Assembly (NCBI GenBank): GCA_048940925.1
Contig: JBHLOC010000018.1
Span: forward strand, 36,310 to 68,309
Source: Promethearchaeota archaeon
Lineage (GTDB): Archaea; Asgardarchaeota; Lokiarchaeia; Sigyniarchaeales; SOKP01
Direction: 5' to 3'
Length of the DNA: 32,000 nucleotides
Below are positions 24,360-32,000 of the stretch, piece after piece. The notes under the pieces are model-generated. The model was given only the letters and a program-made list of their open reading frames with translations. It made no database searches and was not told the origin of the DNA. Every line of letters begins with the position of its first letter. Within the stretch, counting starts at the first letter, position 1. The translations under genes were made by a program, and so were the position numbers.

Positions 24360-25190
24360 TTATCTAAAAAAAGTCAAATACACATATGTAACTATCAATA
24401 TCGCTATGATGATCAAGAAAAGAATAATAAAACATTTCCTTGATTTCTTACTTTTTATAAATTCTTTCCCTTCTAAGATAAGAGTTTCTTGATCACCATT
24501 ATCCAGTGTTGTATCTTTAATTAAAAACTGCCCAGTATCAGTTTGAATTATCTCTAATTCTTCCCTTTTTTGCAATTTTTTAGTTAATTTTCTGAATTCC
24601 TTTACTGATTTCTTAATTAAATCTTGAGTTTCTTTGGGTAAATCATCATCCCGAATTTCAAGATCTTGTGTCATAAAATCTAAACCAACAGTTAACTTGT
24701 AATCTGCTTCAAACTCTTTATTAACAAAAGATTTGATTAATGAAGACTTCCCTACAGCAGCTTCCCCAACAAGCAATATTTTAAACCTAAAATGATCAGA
24801 ATTGATAATTTCACCTAACCTTGCTTTAAAATCTAGCAATGAGATTAATGCTAACCTATAAAATAACTTATCTACGTTATTTTTTTCTAAGGCTGATGTT
24901 TCTATAAACTCAAATAGATTGTATTGATTTAATTTTTGAAGTATTTTATCTTTTGGAACTGCTTCTCCGATATCTTTCTTTAAATCATTTTTATTTCCAA
25001 CTAAGATAATTGGGATGTTTCCTGAATGTTCACGTAAATCTTTAAAATATTCGTCAATATTTTCGAGGGTATCAGGTCTAGAAAGATCAAATACTAATGC
25101 AACTGTAGCAACTCCGTTAAAAAAATCAGTTTTAAAGAAGCTAAACCGCTCTTGACCTGCGATATCCCAAAGACTTAGAGTTACTCTCAT
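24360..25190 (-). CDS. circularly permuted Rab-like small GTPase with C-terminal transmembrane anchor
   Basis: 276 aa. G3 WDIAGQERF (aa 8-16), G4 GNKND (65-69), G5 ETSA (97-100), then G1 GEAAVGKS (142-149) and G2 YKLTVGLDF (164-172). TM CFIILFLIIIAILIVTYVYLTFF (253-275). An in-frame TAG lies 5 codons upstream of the ATG, and the upstream region is AT-rich non-coding. Confidence 0.75.
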   Translation of the reverse strand: MRVTLSLWDIAGQERFSFFKTDFFNGVATVALVFDLSRPDTLENIDEYFKDLREHSGNIPIILVGNKNDLKKDIGEAVPKDKILQKLNQYNLFEFIETSALEKNNVDKLFYRLALISLLDFKARLGEIINSDHFRFKILLVGEAAVGKSSLIKSFVNKEFEADYKLTVGLDFMTQDLEIRDDDLPKETQDLIKKSVKEFRKLTKKLQKREELEIIQTDTGQFLIKDTTLDNGDQETLILEGKEFIKSKKSRKCFIILFLIIIAILIVTYVYLTFFR

Positions 25191-25327
25191 TAAAGGTTCA
25201 GACCTCTACTTTTGGTTCAATAAGATAATTTTAATTGTCATTATTATAAAATATTAAAAATTGATATAATTTAAAATTAAAAAAGCGATTTCAATTTATT
25301 GAATAAATAATTAGAATTCTATATTTA

Positions 25328-25840
25328 CTATAATTTTTTCTCTAAAATTTCTAGCATGTCTTCTTCGAGAGTAGGATGCCATTTTGGATTTTCAACTATA
25401 GTGCCTATAAGATCACCAGTTTTGTTAAAGAAATAGAATGTTGGGATTGCTTTTAAGTCAAATTTTGGATCAACAGCTTCAGGTGGAGAACGTTTTTTAT
25501 GCCATCTAGGCTCTCCGGGTTTATCTATAGCGTTTACCATAATGCCATACAAAATTTGTAATGTTACATCATCTGAACTTATGGTTTTCATTATTTTTAT
25601 CATATAAGGCACATTCTTAGTGCAATCAGGGCACCAATCTGCACCCAATACAACTATTTTTAACTTTTGATTTTTTTCTTTCAATATATTTTGGATTTTT
25701 TCAATAATTTCTGACTTTGGTGTATAATTTTCAAGATTGCTGTTGATTATTGGCTTATCTTTATTGAGATTTATATACTCATCAGGAGTTAAAGTTGGAG
25801 ATATTAGATCGTAATATTTTAATTCACTCATATTTAACAT
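25328..25840 (-). CDS. thioredoxin-fold protein (WCPDC active site)
   Basis: 170 aa. VVLGADWCPDCTKNVP is a CxxC redox motif in thioredoxin-like context, and IPTFYFF is a cis-Pro loop-like segment. Confidence 0.65.
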   Translation of the reverse strand: MLNMSELKYYDLISPTLTPDEYINLNKDKPIINSNLENYTPKSEIIEKIQNILKEKNQKLKIVVLGADWCPDCTKNVPYMIKIMKTISSDDVTLQILYGIMVNAIDKPGEPRWHKKRSPPEAVDPKFDLKAIPTFYFFNKTGDLIGTIVENPKWHPTLEEDMLEILEKKL

Positions 25841-25983
25841 AAGAGAAATCTTTTTTAAAAAAATTATTTTAATAACTAATAAAAATTCATCAGATAAACA
25901 TTATTAGGAAGAAATTATAAAAATTGTTGGAAATTTACTTTTACCTCCTATTCACTGAAAAAAATGAAAAAGGTGTAGTTTAA

Positions 25984-27822
25984 ATGATAAAAGGATTTAG
26001 AGGAAGTTTGTTATCAATAGATTTAACAAAATCTAAAGTAAGTAAAATACCATTAGACAATGAAATTGCTAAAACTTATCTTGGAGGTGCAGGTTATGCT
26101 TGTCGTTATTTATATGATAAATTGGATAAAAATACAGATCCTCTTTCTCCTGAAAATATCTTAATAATAATGAATGGCCCCTTAAATGGTACTTTTGCAC
26201 CTAATACAGGAAGATGGGTTGTATGTTCAAAATCTCCTTATACGGACATATGGGGGGAATCTAATTGTGGTAGTTGGTTTGGAGCAGAAATAAAAAAAGC
26301 AGGATATGATGGGATAATAATTTCTGGAGCTTCAGACGTTCCAGTTTATATAGAAATTAATGATGAGGAAGTAAATATAAAAGATGCAGGTTTCTTATGG
26401 GGAAAAGGTACTTATTTTACTACCAAGAAACTCAAAGAAGTTTTTGGGAACCCTAAAGCTAAAGTTGCTTGTATAGGTCAGGCTGGCGAAAATCTTGTTA
26501 AATATGCTAATATAATCTCTGAAGAAAGAGCGGCAGGAAGAACGGGTATGGGAGCTATTTTAGGAGCGAAAAATTTAAAAGGAATTATTGTTAAAGGTAG
26601 TAAAACTCACTTAGACGTAGCCAATGAAGAAAATCTAAAAGTAGCAATTAAAAATGCAAGAGATTATGTACGATCCGCTATTACTACTGAAGCTCTACGT
26701 TTATTTGGCACATCAGCTTTATTAGATACATATAATATTACAGGAGAATTAGACATTAAATATTTTAATCAATCACCATGGAAAAACGCTTATAAGATTT
26801 CTGGTATCACTATGGCACAAGATCTACTGGTTAAAAATAGATATTGTCATTCATGTGTGATAGGATGTGGTCGTAGAGTCGCTATTAAAGAAGGTGTATA
26901 TAAAACAGAAGAAATAGAAGGGCCTGAATATGAAACGATTGTAAGTTATGGGAGTTTATTTTTAAATGATAATCTAGAATCAATTGTATATATGAATAAA
27001 AAATGTTTTGACTATGGAATAGATACTATAAGTTCTGGAGGAGTAATTTGCTGTTTAACCCATCATTTTCTTTTAAATAATATTTCTTCCAAAGAAATTG
27101 ATGGAATAAAACCTGAATGGGGTAATATTAATATTGCTGAAAAACTTTTAGAAAAAGTTGTTTATCGAGAGGGGATAGGTAATGTCTTAGCAGAAGGATC
27201 TAACGCTCTTGCCAGAAAATTTAATTTTTCTCAAGATGAGATTGCTACAGTAAATGGATTAGAAGTTACTTACCATGATATACGATCTAATTATGGGATG
27301 GCAATTGCTTATGGTCTTGGAGGGGCACATAAAGGACCTTCACATAATCTCTGTGATATGTATTATGTGTTAATGGGGATACCATTCGAAGAGATAAATG
27401 CTCCAACACTGACACTTGATAATTTTTCAGACGATGAAGATATGGCAAAAACTTGTTCAAAAATTATGGATTATCGGGCGCTATATAGTTCTATTATAAT
27501 GTGTTCTTTTTGTAATCCGTTACCCTCTCAAGTTGCAGCTTTAATAGAACATACTACTGGTTTGAAATTTGGTTTAGATGAAATTAAATTATATGGAGAA
27601 AGGATTTTGAATCTTAAAAGAATGTTTAATATTAAAATGGGTTTGACTCCTGCCGATGACAGATTACCACAAATTCTTTTAAGACCTTTTTCAAATGGTG
27701 GATCTGCTGGAAAGTCGCCGAATTTTGAAAAGTTAAAGAAATTATTTTATCAATATCGTGAGTGGGACCTAGTAACTGGAAAACCAAGTGAAAAAAAGTT
27801 AAAAACATTGAATATAAAATAA
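25984..27822 (+). CDS. aor: aldehyde:ferredoxin oxidoreductase (tungstopterin AOR family)
   Basis: 612 aa. N-terminal G...L.IDLT......IP.......LGGAGYA pattern, the 4Fe-4S ligand cluster CHSCVIGCGR, EGPEYET, and a length typical of AOR. Confidence 0.9.
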   Translation: MIKGFRGSLLSIDLTKSKVSKIPLDNEIAKTYLGGAGYACRYLYDKLDKNTDPLSPENILIIMNGPLNGTFAPNTGRWVVCSKSPYTDIWGESNCGSWFGAEIKKAGYDGIIISGASDVPVYIEINDEEVNIKDAGFLWGKGTYFTTKKLKEVFGNPKAKVACIGQAGENLVKYANIISEERAAGRTGMGAILGAKNLKGIIVKGSKTHLDVANEENLKVAIKNARDYVRSAITTEALRLFGTSALLDTYNITGELDIKYFNQSPWKNAYKISGITMAQDLLVKNRYCHSCVIGCGRRVAIKEGVYKTEEIEGPEYETIVSYGSLFLNDNLESIVYMNKKCFDYGIDTISSGGVICCLTHHFLLNNISSKEIDGIKPEWGNINIAEKLLEKVVYREGIGNVLAEGSNALARKFNFSQDEIATVNGLEVTYHDIRSNYGMAIAYGLGGAHKGPSHNLCDMYYVLMGIPFEEINAPTLTLDNFSDDEDMAKTCSKIMDYRALYSSIIMCSFCNPLPSQVAALIEHTTGLKFGLDEIKLYGERILNLKRMFNIKMGLTPADDRLPQILLRPFSNGGSAGKSPNFEKLKKLFYQYREWDLVTGKPSEKKLKTLNIK

Positions 27823-27844
27823 GATCCTCATGGAATTACTGTAT

Positions 27845-28375
27845 TTATTCTCTTTTTTTACTTTTTAAGATTAATTTTGTTAATAAATTGAATATTTTGT
27901 GGACATTTTCTCCAGTTTTAGAGCTACATTCTATAAAACCATCAGCATCTTTGAGGTTTGCTATCTCCATTGCCTTTCTAGTTGAGATCTCTTTAAGATG
28001 CATTAAATCAGTTTTTCCACCAACAAAGATGATAGGTATATCATATTCAATTTCTTTTTTAACAATCTCAAACCAATCATCTACATGAGCTAATGATCCA
28101 TAATTAGTAATATCATACATAAAAATAGCTCCACTTGCGCCTCGGATGTAAGAAGGAAAAAGAAATCTGAATCTTTCCTCTCCAGCAAAATCCCAAATTT
28201 GAAGTTTTACCATTTCATCATCTACTTCAATTGCTTTCAATAAAAAGTCTACACCTAATGTCATTTGAATGTTTTCCTTAAATAGATTCGTTAAGAATCT
28301 GTGAGCTAAAGTAGTCTTTCCGGTTTTACTATCTCCAAATAGTACTATTTTGAAAGTTGAAGTATAAGATGCCAA
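27845..28375 (-). CDS. Ras-superfamily small GTPase (Rab-like) with Glu in place of the catalytic Gln
   Basis: 176 aa. G1 GDSKTGKT, MTLGVDF, G3 WDFAGEERF, G4 GGKTD, G5 CSSKTGENV. TTG start. Confidence 0.8.
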   Translation of the reverse strand: MASYTSTFKIVLFGDSKTGKTTLAHRFLTNLFKENIQMTLGVDFLLKAIEVDDEMVKLQIWDFAGEERFRFLFPSYIRGASGAIFMYDITNYGSLAHVDDWFEIVKKEIEYDIPIIFVGGKTDLMHLKEISTRKAMEIANLKDADGFIECSSKTGENVHKIFNLLTKLILKSKKRE

Positions 28376-28487
28376 CCCACTAGACCCAAACTAATTATTT
28401 AACCTAACTTTATAGGTATCTAGTTGATAACATGATTAATATAGGTTTGTCATTTAAAAATTTATTTTTGAGTTGTGAAAAATCCGA

Positions 28488-30815
28488 TTAATTTTTGAGC
28501 AATTCTTTTTTATTATTTTCTATTAGTATATTTAAAAGCTTACGAGCTCCCTCTTTTGATAAATGCTGATTTTGATTTCCACACTTTGGAGAGTATATAC
28601 AACCTCCACAACCTTCAGAACAGTTACAGGAATTTAATAGTTCATACGTCAAAAAAAATAACTTTTCTAATTTTTGATATAATAATTCTGAAATTCCTAT
28701 ACCTCCTCTATATGCATCATAAATATAGATTATTGGTTGTTGTTTCACGGGGTCAAAATCTATTGAAACACCGCCCAAATCCCATCGGGAAATTTGAGCT
28801 AATGTTGGCGCTATTGCTATCATAGCATGTTCAATAGCATGGATACAATCACCTATTAAATACCCTTTTGCCTCAATTTCTTTTTGATAATCAAAAGGTA
28901 TTAGGAACCAAAGTGCCTGACTCTCAAATTCAATAAGAGGGATATCTTCTAATGGGTGTCGTGACCGAATTTCTTGAGTTACGGTATCAATAACTTTATA
29001 GGAGTAATATTGATGTTCTACTTTTACATTGCCGAAAAAGGCTTCAATTTCGTTATTTGGGCCGATTTTACTTTCAGATATTATTTCGAGGGGAGTAATA
29101 TCTGTATGTTTTAAAGATTGAGTATAATAATCAACATTTGCTTTTTTCAAATATATTAGCCTCTTAATTAAATCGAGTTCTTCCACTATATACATCTCTG
29201 CTTCGTATAAATAAACAGCTCCCTCATGTAGATCGCGAAAAACATAACTTTCATCCTCAACAGTTAAGAGTTCTTCACTTGAATCAGTTCTAAGTAAAAT
29301 TTTATAACTCTTAGTCGAGAGATCATTTAGTCCAAATCTCTCATTGGGAAAGAAATCACTATTCCAATAATACTTATCACCTCTATGCATAATAAAAGAT
29401 TCTGAAACCAATTCTTCCAAACATTCTATAAATAAATCTTTATTATTAATACCAAATTTCTCAAAATCACCGATTTTAATGGGAATTTCTTTAGATCCAC
29501 AACATAAGTGATTTTTTATAAGATATTTATTGTTTAATGTAATAAGAATATCTTCTTTAATAGGTCCAAATAACTGATCAGGATTATGAATATAAAATAA
29601 ATCTAATGGATTAGTCATAGGAATGAGTGTTGATATAGAGAGATCAGTTCCTCTTCCAGAACGTCCAATTTGTTGTTTAAAACTTGAAATAGTTCCTGGA
29701 AAACCCGAAGTAATTGTAGCGTTTAAATCGCCTATATCAATTCCTAATTCAAGAGCATTAGTAGAACTTATACCTAAAATCTTTTTATTTTTAAAATTTT
29801 GCTCTATTTCCCTTCTTTTTGTCTTACTTATTCCTGCTCGATAACTATATATTTTATCTTTTAACCTAGGAATAGCATTTCGAGTCCAAATTGCCTGTAA
29901 TTCAGCCATTTTTCTTGAAAGTGTAAAAGTCAGCGTTTGAATTCCATTCTTAAATTTTAAATGACTTACAAATAAATTCTTAGTTTCTTGATGAGCTGAT
30001 CGATATTTATTAGAAACTTCATCATATGGTAAATCCCATAGTATCACTTTTTTAGTACCTGAAGGAGAATCATCTTTCTCAATAATAACAAATTCTTCAC
30101 CAACTAATTTCTCAGAAAATTCTTTTGGATTATGAATTGTAGCACTTGATAAGATCCATTGTGGGTTAATATTATAAGTCTCAAGCATTCGTTTTAATCT
30201 TCTAAGTAATAATGCAAAATTTGAGCCAAAAATCCCCCGATATATATGAATTTCATCCAATACAATATATTTAAGATTTTGACATATTCTCCTCCACTTT
30301 TGTTTAAACCAAGGTAAATAAAAATGAAGTCCATAAGGATTAGTAATGATAATATTAGCGTTAGATAACACAAGTCTTTTTTGGTTAGCCTCTACATCTC
30401 CATCGTAAACACCAACTCTATTTTGTTTAATATTTGTCTCTGATAATAGTTTTGATAAAATTGCATGTTGATCTCTAGCTAATGCTTTAGTTGGGAAGAT
30501 ATAAATTGCTGTTGTTTTAGGGTCTTTAAAAATTGATTGTAATACAGGGATATTGTAACAAAGAGATTTTCCAGATGCGGTAGAAGTAACTATAACTGTA
30601 TTTTTACCATTGCCAATCATATTTATTGCTTCTGCTTGGTGTCTCCATAATTTAATATTATTTTCATCAAGCCAGCGTTGGAGTCGTTTTCTAAGAGGTT
30701 CTTTCAGATCACCATATTGAGCTTTCTTTTCAGGAATATGTTCTATATGACATATTTGATTATGATAATAATCTTGAGATTTTATGAACTCTAAAAATTC
30801 CTCGAAATCAACCAT
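28488..30815 (-). CDS. DEAD/DEAH-box helicase with C-terminal DUF1998 zinc domain (YprA/MrfA-like)
   Basis: 775 aa. Motif I TSTASGKS, motif II LDEIH, motif VI QQIGRSGRG. C-terminal Cys cluster CNCSEGCGGCIYSPKCGNQNQHL, typical of DUF1998. Confidence 0.85.
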   Translation of the reverse strand: MVDFEEFLEFIKSQDYYHNQICHIEHIPEKKAQYGDLKEPLRKRLQRWLDENNIKLWRHQAEAINMIGNGKNTVIVTSTASGKSLCYNIPVLQSIFKDPKTTAIYIFPTKALARDQHAILSKLLSETNIKQNRVGVYDGDVEANQKRLVLSNANIIITNPYGLHFYLPWFKQKWRRICQNLKYIVLDEIHIYRGIFGSNFALLLRRLKRMLETYNINPQWILSSATIHNPKEFSEKLVGEEFVIIEKDDSPSGTKKVILWDLPYDEVSNKYRSAHQETKNLFVSHLKFKNGIQTLTFTLSRKMAELQAIWTRNAIPRLKDKIYSYRAGISKTKRREIEQNFKNKKILGISSTNALELGIDIGDLNATITSGFPGTISSFKQQIGRSGRGTDLSISTLIPMTNPLDLFYIHNPDQLFGPIKEDILITLNNKYLIKNHLCCGSKEIPIKIGDFEKFGINNKDLFIECLEELVSESFIMHRGDKYYWNSDFFPNERFGLNDLSTKSYKILLRTDSSEELLTVEDESYVFRDLHEGAVYLYEAEMYIVEELDLIKRLIYLKKANVDYYTQSLKHTDITPLEIISESKIGPNNEIEAFFGNVKVEHQYYSYKVIDTVTQEIRSRHPLEDIPLIEFESQALWFLIPFDYQKEIEAKGYLIGDCIHAIEHAMIAIAPTLAQISRWDLGGVSIDFDPVKQQPIIYIYDAYRGGIGISELLYQKLEKLFFLTYELLNSCNCSEGCGGCIYSPKCGNQNQHLSKEGARKLLNILIENNKKELLKN

Positions 30816-31053
30816 AAATAGTCTAACTATCTATAATGTTCAATATCAATTAAAAATTATAAAGAGAATAGGATTAATTATTTTCCAAAAAAGTTTCTTA
30901 ATTTACCATAATTGAAAAAATAATTCAGGTTCTTTTTGATATAGCTTTTGGAAATAGAATATATTGCTATTTATCTACTACAATTTTAAAAATACTAACA
31001 TTTTAATGAAATCGTATCAAATTTATATAAACAACTATCTATTTTTGTATAAA

Positions 31054-32000
31054 ATGACTGACATTGACTGGGAAAAAATCGAATTTTTACAATTTTTAAA
31101 TGAATATGATAAAGATATTATTATTCAAAATGCTCCAGAATTATTATATTCAAAAAAAGATAAAGAACATGAAGCATTCAATTCTTTAATTGCATTTTTT
31201 TTCCTTTCTGGGGCATTACTGATTTATATTGCTCTTAGTTATTTTCTAGCATCTGTCTATTTCAATTTAATTTTATTAATTGTTGTAATAATTATAGCAG
31301 GGATTATTGACGTTTTATTATTTATTAATTATATTAAATCTAATGTATATATTAAACCATTAGAATGTTGGGTCGAAATTTTCAAAGGTAAAGAACAAGA
31401 TGATTTTAATTTTTATTGTTTTGTTTATTATCCCGTGTTTTCTGGAAAATGTCATCCCAATGAAGCTAAGAATGCTATTTTGAAACTCTATCAAGAACAA
31501 ATCTTAAGGAGTAAAATTGATATTACTCAAATTGAAGTTTATTTAAAGATAAGTAAACAAAGTCATAAAAAAATTGGTTATTTTTTTCAATATGCTGAAG
31601 GGAAATCTTTTATTTATGAGGAAGTAAATCGCAATTCTTGGAAATTTTTTTCATCTGATATATCAGGAGATGATAATTTTATTGCAATAGCAAATTGGTA
31701 TCACCAGTTTGAATGGCGTAATGATCTTGAATTCGATTTTGACAAATTACATGAATATGCTCCTTGGGTTATTCAAAGATGGGATGCTGACAATTTAAAA
31801 CCCTTAAATGATGATTTTAAAAAAAAAATTAATTGGGATTTGAGAGATATTAACTCAAGCCCAAAATTAAAACCATGGTTAGATAATTTTGAAGATCAAG
31901 CTTATGAAAATCCAAAGCCTGATAGAGAAATGAGAATAATTAATGAAGCTATTGATAAAATTATAGGATATGAAAAAGAAATAAAAAAAGCAAGAGATAT
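31054..32000 (+). CDS. hypothetical membrane protein, 5' part (runs off the window end)
   Basis: ATG at 31054, then 315 codons without a stop, checked codon by codon to position 32000. Not in the ORF track because no stop is reached. Two hydrophobic helices (LIAFFFLSGALLIYIALSYFL, NLILLIVVIIIAGIIDVLLFI). Confidence 0.5.
   Translation, partial: MTDIDWEKIEFLQFLNEYDKDIIIQNAPELLYSKKDKEHEAFNSLIAFFFLSGALLIYIALSYFLASVYFNLILLIVVIIIAGIIDVLLFINYIKSNVYIKPLECWVEIFKGKEQDDFNFYCFVYYPVFSGKCHPNEAKNAILKLYQEQILRSKIDITQIEVYLKISKQSHKKIGYFFQYAEGKSFIYEEVNRNSWKFFSSDISGDDNFIAIANWYHQFEWRNDLEFDFDKLHEYAPWVIQRWDADNLKPLNDDFKKKINWDLRDINSSPKLKPWLDNFEDQAYENPKPDREMRIINEAIDKIIGYEKEIKKARD

Noticed and set aside
27888-28088. 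66-aa ORF on the + strand
   Set aside because: Antisense to the GTPase gene 27845..28375.
28556-28825. 89-aa ORF on the + strand
   Set aside because: Antisense to the DUF1998 region of the helicase gene.
29623-29844. 73-aa ORF on the + strand
   Set aside because: Antisense to helicase motif VI region.
1-32000. Search for CRISPR arrays, tRNA genes, C/D-box sRNAs, transposases and integrases
   Set aside because: No regularly spaced direct repeats were found. No GC-rich 70-90 nt islands with T-arm-like GGTTCRAATCC were found. All TGATGA...CTGA candidates lie inside conserved coding sequence, and no recombinase-like ORF is present. A scan by eye can miss divergent small RNAs.

Overview
AT-rich (about 30% GC by eye) archaeal chromosome segment, densely coding on both strands. 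Information-processing genes are archaeal/eukaryote-like: TFS, aIF1A, aIF2-gamma, Spt5, a RecJ/Cdc45-like DHH protein and a possible eL22-like protein. Metabolic genes include the type III RuBisCO plus ribose-1,5-bisphosphate isomerase pair, two tandem acyl-CoA-dehydrogenase-family paralogs, an Fe-alcohol dehydrogenase and an aldehyde:ferredoxin oxidoreductase. Four Ras-superfamily small GTPase genes lie within about 14 kb. Together this suggests an Asgard (Loki-like) archaeon, which is an inference. No CRISPR array, tRNA gene, transposase or integrase was seen. Three observations stand out. (1) The only 5S rRNA-like locus (13267-13387) is circularly permuted at the gene level: helix I is closed by a UUCG tetraloop. 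The canonical sequence is restored only by joining the two ends, which sit in a bulge-helix-bulge (BHB) fold clamped by a 15-bp stem. (2) The otherwise intact aIF2-gamma gene is interrupted inside its P-loop codons by a 30-nt, stop-codon-filled insert (9549-9578). The insert folds as a BHB intron, and its predicted cleavage sites restore GHVDHGKT exactly. (3) A membrane-anchored Rab-like GTPase (24360-25190) has its G motifs in the order G3-G4-G5-G1-G2, a circular permutation different from the known cpGTPases. Secondary observations: an (HhH)2 extension on aIF2-gamma, acidic extensions on Spt5, a GTPase-Fcf1-like PIN operon, and a duplicated aIF1A 3' end bracketing a decayed zinc-ribbon gene. 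All calls come from reading the sequence and from remembered family motifs. No database search was run.
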